Shown here piece by piece: positions 9,125 to 17,878 of a stretch of DNA of 41,080 nt. Below the pieces are notes generated by a model. That model was not told where the DNA came from, did not search any database, and was given only the letters and a program-made list of their open reading frames with translations. The first letter of the stretch is position 1. Every line of letters begins with the position of its first letter. This stretch comes from Thermodesulfobacteriota bacterium (GTDB taxonomy: Bacteria; Desulfobacterota; Desulfobacteria; Desulfobacterales; Desulfobacteraceae). The position numbers and the translations under genes were made by a program. Location: NCBI GenBank assembly GCA_034659375.1, contig JAYEHB010000385.1, positions 1 through 41,080 of the forward strand, in the 5' to 3' direction.

Positions 9125-9345
9125 TATACCCCCGTGCCTGGAACATGGTTATCTGTTTTCGGCCACAATACCCTAAAGGGCAGAAACCAAAACATAACCT
9201 GAAGGTCACACGTAAAACTCCATGAGTTTAAATAGTTATGCGGAGTTTCATATAACCGGCATGGCCGGAGCATGGTTACCGCATCGGCCACAATAAATTT
9301 AGAAAGTCTATTATTACAGTCGTTTGAACGGACTTTCATATAAAA
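9125..9345 (-). repeat. Mosaic interspersed-repeat cluster (reverse orientation)
   Basis: Contains ccacaataccctaaagggcagaaacc, aacctgaaggtcacacgtaa, tttcatataaccggcatggccggagcatggttaccgcatcggccacaat and gaaagtc..gaacggactttcatataaa. All of these match modules at 18511-18620 and 25219-25295. Confidence 0.88.
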
Positions 9346-9370
9346 AAAATAATGAAGAGGGAGGGTTGCA

Positions 9371-11437
9371 ATGCTTGAATCTGTTGTATTAATGGGTGGT
9401 CTTGGTCTTGTTATCGGTGGTGCTTTAGCCTTTGCTTCAAAAATTTTTTATGTTTACGTTGATCCCAAGGTCGCTGCCATAAACGATGTTCTTCCCGGGG
9501 CAAATTGCGGAGGGTGCGGGTTTCCAGGGTGTGCTCCCAATGCTGAAGCCATTGTTGCAGGCAAGTCTCCTGTTGATTCATGTGTTGCAGCCGGGCCTGA
9601 TGTTGCTGCTGCCATTGCAGAGCTTATGGGTGTGAGCCTTGGAGAAAAAGAGCCGGAAATTGCTCTGCCAGGGTGTCATTACAGTAAAAAGGATACAGAT
9701 ATTAAATATTTCTATGATGGAATTGTGGACTGCAGGGCAGCGGCTCTTGTTTCAGGTGGAATGAAGGTCTGCAATATTGGCTGTCTGGGGTTTGGTACCT
9801 GTGTCAGAGCATGTCCCTTTGATGCTCTGGTAATGGGGGACGACGGTCTTCCAAAGGTTGATGAGGAGAAATGTACAGGATGTGGAACCTGTGAAAGAAT
9901 CTGTCCCAAAAATATTATCAGGCTTACTTCAGTAACAAGGAGAATAATGCGTGAGTATACTGAAGATGAATGTATAACTCCATGCCAGAGAGCATGCCCC
10001 ACTGGAATAAATATCAGGGAGTATATCAGACTTATCAGAAATGGGGACAATCAAGGGGCAGTCCAGGTTATTAAAGAACGAAATCCATTCCCCACTGTTA
10101 TTGGAAGAATATGTCCGGCTCCCTGTGAATTTGAGTGCAGAAGGCAGTTTGTTGATGAACCTGTTGCCATAAATCATTTAAAACGTTTTGTCTGTGATAT
10201 TGAAATGAATCTGGGTAAAAGAGTGCTTCCTTACAAGGCTCCGGCCACAGGTAAAAAAGTGGCTGTTATAGGTGGAGGAGTGGAGGGACTGTCTGCTGCA
10301 TTTTTCACAGCCAGACTTGGACATGAACCAACAGTCTTTGAGGCAACTTCACTTCTTGGCGGACTTTTGCGTGTTGCAATTCCCGAGGATAGACTGCCCC
10401 AGCATGTTCTTGACTGGGACATTGAAGGGATACTTGAAATGGGAGTTAAGGTAAAAACATCTGCCAAGGCAGGCAGAGATTTTACTGTTTCAGATCTTTT
10501 AAAAACTGATTTTCAGGCGGTTTTTATAGCATCTGGGGGCTGGGATAACAGGGTTGCAAGGGGTGATGTGGCAGACGTTGTAAACCTTTTCCCCGGGGGA
10601 TATCTTTTAATTGATCTGCTTAGAACTGATGCTTCAAAAGAGAAACAGATTCCCTGTGGAAAAAACGTTGTCATTGCAGGTGGAGGGCTTATGGTCCCCG
10701 AGGCTGTGAAACTATGCAGACAAATGGGTGCTGAATCTGTGACGGTTTTGTCAAGAAAAATCTTCACAAATTCTTCTTTAAATGATAAAGCTCTTGAACA
10801 GATCAGAAGCGATGGGGCTTCTGTGATATATAATACCGGAATCACACGGGTCCATGGAGAAGATAAGAACCTTACACATATAGAATACACTGAGCTTGAT
10901 TCTGGAATAAAACATATTCTTAAAGCTGATACGCTTTTTATTGCATCGGGAAGATTTCCTGAGCTTGTATTTGTAAGATCAGAAACCATTGATGATGAAG
11001 CAACTCTTTCTGAAGAGAATTTCAACTCTCCTGTAAGATGGGAAGGTGTTGAGATTTACAAGGAACCTGCCAACAGAAGAGAGGTTGGCCTGCTTTCTGC
11101 GGGAGATGTGATAAGCGGCTATAGTGCTGCTGTACAGGGTATTAACGGAGGTAGAAAGGCTGCAGCGTCAATTCATAATCTTATGTATGGAATTTCTTTG
11201 CAATATCCTTTAAATCTTATTACAAAACAATCTCTGCTCCAGGGCGTTAATCATTTGGAAGGTGTTGAAGTGTCACCAAGAAATATTATGCCTGCCGTGG
11301 ATATCAGGCAGATGGGCAGAGAGGAATTGTTCCAGGGCTTTAGTGAGGATGCAGCGGTCAATGAGGCTGAGAGATGCTTGAGATGTGGATTGCTCTGTTA
11401 TGAGCGCACTAAAGTGCTTGAAGAGGAAACAGCATAA
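9371..11437 (+). CDS. Fusion oxidoreductase: RnfB-type N-terminal membrane anchor/Fe-S domain + 2x[4Fe-4S] ferredoxin + GltD-like (glutamate synthase small subunit family) FAD/NAD(P)-binding domains
   Basis: N-terminus: GANCGGCGFPGCAPNAEAIV (RnfB-like). Then CxxCxxCxxxCP x2. Then CQRACPTGINIREYIRLI..ICPAPCEFECRR (GltD N-terminal cluster). Then two Rossmann motifs, VAVIGGGVEGLSAA and VVIAGGGLMVPEA. GAGGGAGGG RBS before ATG 9371. Confidence 0.75.
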   Translation: MLESVVLMGGLGLVIGGALAFASKIFYVYVDPKVAAINDVLPGANCGGCGFPGCAPNAEAIVAGKSPVDSCVAAGPDVAAAIAELMGVSLGEKEPEIALPGCHYSKKDTDIKYFYDGIVDCRAAALVSGGMKVCNIGCLGFGTCVRACPFDALVMGDDGLPKVDEEKCTGCGTCERICPKNIIRLTSVTRRIMREYTEDECITPCQRACPTGINIREYIRLIRNGDNQGAVQVIKERNPFPTVIGRICPAPCEFECRRQFVDEPVAINHLKRFVCDIEMNLGKRVLPYKAPATGKKVAVIGGGVEGLSAAFFTARLGHEPTVFEATSLLGGLLRVAIPEDRLPQHVLDWDIEGILEMGVKVKTSAKAGRDFTVSDLLKTDFQAVFIASGGWDNRVARGDVADVVNLFPGGYLLIDLLRTDASKEKQIPCGKNVVIAGGGLMVPEAVKLCRQMGAESVTVLSRKIFTNSSLNDKALEQIRSDGASVIYNTGITRVHGEDKNLTHIEYTELDSGIKHILKADTLFIASGRFPELVFVRSETIDDEATLSEENFNSPVRWEGVEIYKEPANRREVGLLSAGDVISGYSAAVQGINGGRKAAASIHNLMYGISLQYPLNLITKQSLLQGVNHLEGVEVSPRNIMPAVDIRQMGREELFQGFSEDAAVNEAERCLRCGLLCYERTKVLEEETA

Positions 11438-11483
11438 TACTTCATTTGTAAGAACCACCTTTAAGCCGGATTCTTCCGGGTAT

Positions 11484-11872
11484 AAAAAACTTGCCAATGT
11501 TGATGAATATATTCAGGCAGGAGCTGAGATGACAAGGCAGCTTCTTGGCTTTGCCCGGAAGAACGATAATGAGATGTCTCCTATGAATATCAATTATCTT
11601 CTTAAAATGTCGGCAAGCATGTTCGGTAGAACGAAAAAAGATGTGATTTTTTTTATCTTCCTGCCAGGGAGTCCAGGGCTGCAAAAAAAATGAAAGATAA
11701 GGTCAATGATAATATTATCAGCGGCAAGGGAACTATTCTGCTTGTTGATGATGAAATTTCGGTGATTGAAGTTTGCTCAGAGATGTTGGAAACTCTTGGT
11801 TATGACGTTATTGCCGTGAATAGAGGAGCAGATGCACTTAAGGTGTTAAAAGATGACTCATCTGCTATTATT
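11484..11872 (+). pseudogene. Remnant of a hybrid sensor histidine kinase: a fragment just after the HisKA region, then a frame break, then the first roughly 60 aa of a receiver domain. No HATPase domain.
   Basis: AGAEMTRQLLGFARKNDNEMSPMNINYLLKMSASMFGRTKKDV resembles the segment following the phospho-His helix of PAS-type kinases. GKGTILLVDDEISVIEVCSEMLETLGYDVIAVNRGADALKVLKDD is a receiver N-terminus that stops before the conserved D/K. The rest of ORF 11690..12223 is antisense to ppaC. Confidence 0.55.
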
Positions 11873-11914
11873 CAAATGTTGATTTTTGAATGTGTATGGC
11901 TGCTTAGGGGGATA

Positions 11915-11950
11915 AAGGCACAGGGTCATTTTAGCCCCGTGCCTTTTTTG
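11915..11950. terminator. Hairpin plus T run between the kinase remnant and the convergent ppaC
   Basis: aaggcacaggg tcattttag ccccgtgcctt followed by ttttttg. One mismatch in the stem. Confidence 0.55.
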
Positions 11951-11968
11951 TTGCTTTTTAAGCGAAAA

Positions 11969-12889
11969 TTATGCAAAAACCTTTTCAAGGTTGGGAACAA
12001 CCTGTTTTTTACGGCTCATCACGCCGTCAAGCCAGGCCTTGCTGTCTTTTGGAGTTACACCAAAAGCTTTTTCAATAACAGATTCATCATTGGAAGCAAT
12101 AAGTACCTCAGAACCCTCTTTCATGATGTCTGTAAGAAGAAGGAATACACTGTGGTGTCCACCTTCTTCTTTAAGGGCAGCAATATCTTTTTCAAGATCA
12201 GATTTTACCTTGTCAAGGATTGAAAGATCAACAACTTCAAGCTGTCCGATTCCAACCTTGTTTCCGTTCATGTCAAAATCCTTGTAGTCACGGAGTACAA
12301 GTTCACGCACCGGAGTTCCGTCAACTGCAGATTTTACTTTAAACATATCCATGCCAAATTCCTGTGTGTCGCTGACACCGGCAAGCTCTGCAAGCTCTTT
12401 ACATGCTTGTTTATCTTGATCTGTGCATGTTGCAGATTTGAATATCACTGTGTCAGAAAGGATTGCAGCAAGCATGATACCTGCAATATCTTTTGGAATT
12501 TCAACGTTAAAGAATTTATACATTGAGTTTAAAATAGTACAGGTGCATCCCACAGGCCAGATCCAGCATTCCAGGGGCTGGCCTGTTGTAACATCACCAA
12601 GTTTATGGTGGTCAACAATACCAAGAATATTTGCCTTACCAAGATCATCAGGACTCTGGGCAAGATCAGAGTGATCAACAAGGTAAACATCCTTTCCTGC
12701 AACGGATGTTACAATCTCAGGAGCTGCAACACCAAATTTTTCAAGTATAAAATTTGACTCAGGACTGAGCTGTCCCTGTACTACAGGAACAGTATCTTCA
12801 CCAAGTTTTTTTTTAAGATCAGCCAGAGCAATGGCTGCACACACTGTGTCAGAATCCGGGTTTTTGTGACCAAATACAAAAGTTGACAT
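11969..12889 (-). CDS. ppaC: Manganese-dependent inorganic pyrophosphatase (family II, DHH/DHHA2)
   Basis: MSTFVFGHKNPDSDTVCAAIALADL, VDHSD and DHHKLGD motifs, with a full-length DHHA2 C-terminal half. Confidence 0.9.
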   Translation of the reverse strand: MSTFVFGHKNPDSDTVCAAIALADLKKKLGEDTVPVVQGQLSPESNFILEKFGVAAPEIVTSVAGKDVYLVDHSDLAQSPDDLGKANILGIVDHHKLGDVTTGQPLECWIWPVGCTCTILNSMYKFFNVEIPKDIAGIMLAAILSDTVIFKSATCTDQDKQACKELAELAGVSDTQEFGMDMFKVKSAVDGTPVRELVLRDYKDFDMNGNKVGIGQLEVVDLSILDKVKSDLEKDIAALKEEGGHHSVFLLLTDIMKEGSEVLIASNDESVIEKAFGVTPKDSKAWLDGVMSRKKQVVPNLEKVFA

Positions 12890-12937
12890 AAAGCCTCCTT
12901 AACTTCATTAATATATATGCATTATCTGCATTAATTT

Positions 12938-12963
12938 GATGATTAATTCATCTATTAATCATC
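12938..12963. promoter_or_regulatory. Perfect 10-6-10 AT-rich palindrome (operator-like) upstream of ppaC
   Basis: GATGATTAAT tcatct ATTAATCATC, 49-74 nt upstream of the ppaC ATG (12889). Loosely Fur-box-like in composition. Confidence 0.35.
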
Positions 12964-12975
12964 CATTCTAATTTT

Positions 12976-13120
12976 TATAAACTGCCATGGGCAGTCCTGG
13001 TGGTTTAAGTCTGCACACAAATGGGCAACCCTGGTGGTTTAAGTCTGCACACAACAAATGATGAAGGGCAACCACAGGGGGTTGCCCCTACTCCTAGTTT
13101 GCCAAGAATTTCATATAAAA
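12976..13120 (-). repeat. Mosaic repeat: CTGCCATGGGCAG palindrome, duplicated GGTGGTTTAAGTCTGCACAC module, GGGCAACC..GGTTGCCC hairpin, TTTCATATAAA end
   Basis: The reverse complement aligns with 25727-25826, including the ggggcaacc(c)cctgtggttgccc insert. Confidence 0.88.
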
Positions 13121-13329
13121 ACCTTTAACCAGATATCTTATAAAGTTTATTAAAGAGATACACAAGGAAAAATTTATTTTTATGGTATTTTGTTGTCGGC
13201 AAAAGATCTATTTTTGTGCAGTTGTGTCCAAAAAAGGGGCAAAATACGAGATGTCGGCCCGCAAGGATGATCAAAACTAAAATTATTCAGGTTGCATAAA
13301 TGGTATGGTCTGTGCTATTTAAGTCTGTT

Positions 13330-13662
13330 ATGAAACAATATCTAATAGACGGGTTAAGACTCGAAGATTATCAGAAACTTAAAAAGTATTTTAACGGGCA
13401 TTTTAAGGCTTCCCCCTTTGGCACTATTTTTTGGATTGAGCTTGACAGGGATATCCTCACCGATTTGCAAAAAGAGCACAAGGCTTGCAAGCCCCATGTT
13501 TTTGCCGCAGAGCTTGAAGAGGAGTATCTTTCATGTGAACTGCTTGTCAGGATAACAAAAAATATTAAGTGTGATTGTATGGGCTATGCCACTGTCCAGC
13601 AGCGTAACTGGCTCATTGAAAAAGTTGATGCAATACTTGAAGAGCTTGAAGTCAGCATTTAG
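13330..13662 (+). CDS. Hypothetical small protein (no recognisable family)
   Basis: ORF with ordinary composition directly upstream of rnj. Start chosen at ATG 13330 (MKQYLIDG). No motif recognised. Confidence 0.4.
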   Translation: MKQYLIDGLRLEDYQKLKKYFNGHFKASPFGTIFWIELDRDILTDLQKEHKACKPHVFAAELEEEYLSCELLVRITKNIKCDCMGYATVQQRNWLIEKVDAILEELEVSI

Positions 13663-13671
13663 TTTTTTAGT

Positions 13672-13776
13672 AAGCGTTTACAGGGCACGCACCTTGCTTA
13701 AGTCTTTGCACTTGAAGTACATGAGTACGTCTGCGTGCCCTTTGCCTTGCATCTGCAGTATACCCTGCAAACGCTT
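13672..13776 (+). other. Structured spacer / possible leader of rnj: nested inverted repeats
   Basis: gggcacgca (13683-13691) pairs with tgcgtgccc (13732-13740), 9/9. aagcgtttacaggg (13672-13685) pairs with ccctgcaaacgctt (13763-13776), 13/14. The two helices share GGG, so they are partly exclusive. The interior ttaagtctttgcac resembles the TAAGTCTGCACAC repeat module. Confidence 0.4.
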
Positions 13777-13844
13777 TCATTCGGCGACTTGACTGTGAGT
13801 TCTTAATAGTGGGCAACATGCCCACAGTAATGGGGGTTTGATCA

Positions 13845-15536
13845 ATGGTTAAAATAGAACCTGAGGGTTTTAAAAAAGAACCTGAGGAACTTAAAATAAT
13901 ACCTCTGGGCGGTCTTGGTGAGATTGGCCTTAATATGATGGTTGTTGAATATGATCAGACAATTTTTCTTATTGATGCAGGTCTGATGTTTCCTGAGGAT
14001 CACATGTTAGGTGTTGATATTGTAATTCCGGAAATAGACTATATCAAAGAGAACAGGGACAGGGTAAAAGGGATAATTATTACCCATGCCCATGAAGATC
14101 ACATAGGGGCACTTGTCTATCTTTTAAAGGATATTCCAATACCTGTCTATGGTACAGAGTTTACCCTGGGTATTATTGAAAACAAGCTCCAGGAATTTGA
14201 TCTTTTAAATACAACAGTGCTCAATGAGGTGGCTCCTGGAGAGGTTGTTTCAATATCTCCCTTTGAAATTGAGTTTATCCGTGTAAGCCACAGCATTGTG
14301 GGTGGTGTGGGGCTTGCCATAACAACTCCCCTGGGGCTTGTTGTTCACACAGGTGATTTCAGGCTAAATCATTGTTTAAAGGAATCAAACACAACAGATA
14401 TATCAAGGTTTGCCAAGTGCGGTGAACAGGGGGTTCTGGCACTTTTTTCTGATTCAACCAATGTGGAGCGGGAAGGCTTTTCTGTCTCTGACCAGATGGT
14501 GTTTGACTCCCTGGGAAAAATAATAGCAAACAGTGAAGGCAGGGTTATAATTGCTCTTTTTGCCTCTAATATATTTAGAATCCAGCAGATTATAGATATT
14601 GCACTGAAAAATAAGCGCAAAATAGTATTTAACGGCAGAAGCATTGAGCAAAATGTTGCCGTGGCAAAGAGACTTGGTTATCTTGACTTTCCAGATGATA
14701 TGGTCCTGAATGTAAAGAGTGTAAATTCCCAGCCTGATAACGAGGTTGTGATTATTACAACGGGAAGTCAGGGAGAACCCATGTCTGCCCTGTCACGCAT
14801 GGCAACAGGGTATCACAAGCAGATTAATATTAAAAAGGGGGACTCTGTCACTCTTTCGTCAAAATTTATTCCAGGTAATGAAAAAGCAATAGCAAATATC
14901 ATAAATAATCTGTACAGACGCGGTGCCGACGTGGTCTATGATAAGCTTGCACAGGTACATGTCTCAGGGCATGCATGCCGGGAAGAGCTGAAAATGATGA
15001 TCCATTTAACAAATCCTGAATATTTTATTCCCATTCATGGTGAGTACCGTCATCTGGTTATCCATGCAAGACTTGCTGAGAATCTTGGACTTGTTAGAAA
15101 AAAAGTTTTACTTGCAGAAAATGGCAGGGTTATTACCTTTGATGAAAATGGTGGGAGAATCGCAGGCAGCGTGGACACAGGCAGAATCCTGGTTGATGGC
15201 AAGGGCATAGGAGATGTTGGAAGGAGCGTCTTAAAGGAAAGACGTATTCTTTCCGAGGATGGTCTTGTTGTTGTTTCCATGATAATCGATGAGGAGACAG
15301 GCATTGTGCTGTACGGGCCTGAACTTATTTCCAAGGGTTTTGTCTTTGGTTCTGAAACCGGTTATCTTGTTGATGATGCACAATGTGTGATTTTAGAGAT
15401 TGTTGAGGAGATAGAGGCAGGGGTTGCTAACAGGGTGGATATCATACGTTCTAAACTGCAGAAAGCCCTTAAGCAGTATTTCTTTTTTACAATAAGACGT
15501 CGGCCGGTTATAGTGCCCATAATAATTGAAATATGA
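13845..15536 (+). CDS. rnj: Ribonuclease J (metallo-beta-lactamase / beta-CASP)
   Basis: IIPLGGLGEIGLNMMVVEY, THAHEDHIGAL and later beta-CASP motifs (HVSGHA). 563 aa. Confidence 0.92.
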   Translation: MVKIEPEGFKKEPEELKIIPLGGLGEIGLNMMVVEYDQTIFLIDAGLMFPEDHMLGVDIVIPEIDYIKENRDRVKGIIITHAHEDHIGALVYLLKDIPIPVYGTEFTLGIIENKLQEFDLLNTTVLNEVAPGEVVSISPFEIEFIRVSHSIVGGVGLAITTPLGLVVHTGDFRLNHCLKESNTTDISRFAKCGEQGVLALFSDSTNVEREGFSVSDQMVFDSLGKIIANSEGRVIIALFASNIFRIQQIIDIALKNKRKIVFNGRSIEQNVAVAKRLGYLDFPDDMVLNVKSVNSQPDNEVVIITTGSQGEPMSALSRMATGYHKQINIKKGDSVTLSSKFIPGNEKAIANIINNLYRRGADVVYDKLAQVHVSGHACREELKMMIHLTNPEYFIPIHGEYRHLVIHARLAENLGLVRKKVLLAENGRVITFDENGGRIAGSVDTGRILVDGKGIGDVGRSVLKERRILSEDGLVVVSMIIDEETGIVLYGPELISKGFVFGSETGYLVDDAQCVILEIVEEIEAGVANRVDIIRSKLQKALKQYFFFTIRRRPVIVPIIIEI

Positions 15537-17878
15537 AAAAAGAGATATTAGGATTACTGTTTTTTTTTCTTGTTGTTCTTACTTTGGTGAGTCTTTTTTC
15601 CTATGATCCTGGTGATCCTTCCATAAATAATCATACCTTCTCAGCATCTGTTGAGGTTGAGAACTCCTTTGGCCTTGTGGGGGCACACTATTCAGGTCTT
15701 CTCATATCTTTTTTTGGACTTGGTTCATTCTGGATTCCCTTGCTTTTATTGCTGACCTCTGTGTGGTATTTAAAGGGGCGTTCTGCAAAAATAATATTTT
15801 GCACCCTTGTCGGCGGTCTTCTGCTGATCATTTCAACGGGCAGCATGCTCTCAATTTTCCATGACCAGTATATTTTTTTTGGGGAAAAAATTTCATCCGG
15901 CGGAATGATTGGGATTCCCTTTGCCTGTTTTCTTCTTAAGTACACCAATCCTGCAGGATCTATCATAATTTTGCTTTTTTTCGCTGTTCTGGGATCTGTT
16001 CTGGTAACGGGGATTTCAATTGTTACCATCCTTTTGTTTTTTAAAAAAACTCTATTTGAATTTGTTGTTGGGTTTTTCAAAAAAATGAAAAAGGTCTTTT
16101 CTCTTTTTGGAAAGCTTTTTAAATTTTTTCAGGAAAAATACAGGAAAAAGGCTCGTTCCATGGATATTATATCTCTTGTCGGGGATAAAAGCAGTATAAA
16201 AGGTCTTCTTCCACAACGAACCTCCAAAACTGATGAATTATTTCCCGGAACAGGGGGAGGTAAGCAGGTTGTTAAAGAGAGGAAAAAGGCTGAACCAATT
16301 ATAAAAGAGATTAAAAAGGATGATGCTGATTTTGAACTCTTTAATGATTTTGGGGATGATATTAGAGAGAAACCCAGCTTTATTCTTCCTTCTATCTCCT
16401 TGTTAAATGATAAAAAAGCGGTCAAAGTAAGTGTTGATATTGAAAGACTTAGAAAAAAAGGTGAAATACTTGACAAAAAACTCAATGATTTCGGTATTAC
16501 CGGTGAAGTTGTAGCGATTCTTCCCGGTCCTGTTCTTACAACCTTTGAATACAGGCCTGCTCCCGGTATAAAGATAAGCAAGATTGTAAATTTAACAGAT
16601 GATCTTGCCCTTGCCTTAAGTGCATTAAGTATCAGAATTATCGCACCCATACCGGGCAAGGATGTCATCGGAGTTGAGCTTCCCAATGATATAAGAGAAA
16701 TGGTTACTCTTAAAGAGATTCTTGTCTCATCTGAATTTGCAGCCTCCACCTCAAAACTGACTCTTGGACTTGGAAAGGATATTTTTGGAACCCCTGCTGC
16801 TGCCCAGCTTGAGTCCATGCCTCATCTGCTCATAGCAGGTGCCACCGGTACAGGCAAGAGTGTTGGTTTAAATGCCATGATTATCAGTATTCTATATAAG
16901 GCAGGTCCGGAAGATGTAAAGTTTATCATGGTTGATCCCAAGAGGATTGAACTATCAGTCTATGACGGAATTCCCCATCTTATTTCTCCTGTTGTAACAG
17001 ATATGAAAAAGGCTACCAACGCTCTTTTCTGGGCTGTACGTGAAATGGAGAGACGGTATGAACTCCTTGCAGAGAGCGGCGTAAGGAACATGCTTCAGTA
17101 CAATGATATGGTTGAAAAAAAGAAAAGGCAGGCAAAGGGAAAAAAAGGACAGATGCCCCAGGGTAGAGAGGGCAGCTGGGCAGAGTCAGGGGAAATTGAC
17201 CAGGATGGTGAATCAGAAGAAATTCCTGAAAAATTACCTTATTTAGTGGTGATTGTGGATGAGCTGGCAGATCTTATGATGGTTGCCTCAAGGGATGTGG
17301 AATCAGCTCTCACCCGTCTTGCCCAGATGGCAAGGGCTGCAGGTATTCACCTGATTCTGGCAACCCAGAGACCTTCTGTGGATGTATTGACCGGAATTAT
17401 TAAGGCCAATTTTCCCACAAGGATTTCATTTCAGGTCTCCTCAAGAATAGATTCCAGAACCATTCTTGATTCCAATGGTGCTGAAAGGCTTCTTGGTAAT
17501 GGTGATATGCTTTTTCTCCCCCCTGGAACAGGAAGGCTTAAAAGAATTCAGTGTGCATATGTTTCCGAGGCTGAAATAGGGCGTATAACATCTTATTTAA
17601 GGGAACAGCAGGCTCCTGACTATGTTGAGGATGTTACCAGGCAAGCCGAGGAAGATAAAAAATCTATTGATAAGTCTGATTATGATGAAAAATATGATGA
17701 AGCCGTTGCCCTTATCACCAAAACCCGTCAGGCTTCAATATCCAGTGTGCAGCGTCATTTGCGCATTGGATATAACAGGGCTGCCAGGATAATCGAAACA
17801 ATGGAGGCAGAAGGTATAATCGGACCCCAGGAGGGTTCAAAACAGCGGGAGGTTCTTGTAAAGAGTTATGAAGATTGA
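15533..17878 (+). CDS. ftsK: DNA translocase FtsK/SpoIIIE
   Basis: N-terminal transmembrane segments. Walker A GATGTGKSVGLN. VVIVDELADLM. C-terminal gamma winged-helix (SISSVQRHLRIGYNRAARIIE). ATGA overlap with the rnj stop. Confidence 0.93.
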   Translation: MKKEILGLLFFFLVVLTLVSLFSYDPGDPSINNHTFSASVEVENSFGLVGAHYSGLLISFFGLGSFWIPLLLLLTSVWYLKGRSAKIIFCTLVGGLLLIISTGSMLSIFHDQYIFFGEKISSGGMIGIPFACFLLKYTNPAGSIIILLFFAVLGSVLVTGISIVTILLFFKKTLFEFVVGFFKKMKKVFSLFGKLFKFFQEKYRKKARSMDIISLVGDKSSIKGLLPQRTSKTDELFPGTGGGKQVVKERKKAEPIIKEIKKDDADFELFNDFGDDIREKPSFILPSISLLNDKKAVKVSVDIERLRKKGEILDKKLNDFGITGEVVAILPGPVLTTFEYRPAPGIKISKIVNLTDDLALALSALSIRIIAPIPGKDVIGVELPNDIREMVTLKEILVSSEFAASTSKLTLGLGKDIFGTPAAAQLESMPHLLIAGATGTGKSVGLNAMIISILYKAGPEDVKFIMVDPKRIELSVYDGIPHLISPVVTDMKKATNALFWAVREMERRYELLAESGVRNMLQYNDMVEKKKRQAKGKKGQMPQGREGSWAESGEIDQDGESEEIPEKLPYLVVIVDELADLMMVASRDVESALTRLAQMARAAGIHLILATQRPSVDVLTGIIKANFPTRISFQVSSRIDSRTILDSNGAERLLGNGDMLFLPPGTGRLKRIQCAYVSEAEIGRITSYLREQQAPDYVEDVTRQAEEDKKSIDKSDYDEKYDEAVALITKTRQASISSVQRHLRIGYNRAARIIETMEAEGIIGPQEGSKQREVLVKSYED

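Noticed and set aside
9106-9339. ORF 9106..9339 (-), 77 aa
   Set aside because: It lies entirely within the repeat cluster upstream of the RnfB-GltD gene. The same sequence occurs in other spacers in both orientations.
11873-12223. C-terminal two-thirds of ORF 11690..12223 (called a 177-aa protein in the track)
   Set aside because: Beyond about residue 61 the receiver-domain similarity stops. From 11969 onward the frame is simply antisense to the well-supported ppaC gene.
16129-16818. 229-aa antisense ORF inside ftsK. Similar long antisense ORFs lie inside fdhA (7190..7717), the RnfB-GltD gene (10513..11025), rplY (3086..3574) and cdsA (33810..34190).
   Set aside because: These have low-complexity Ser/Ile/Phe-rich translations and no motifs, and they lie opposite strongly supported genes. 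They are typical shadow ORFs.
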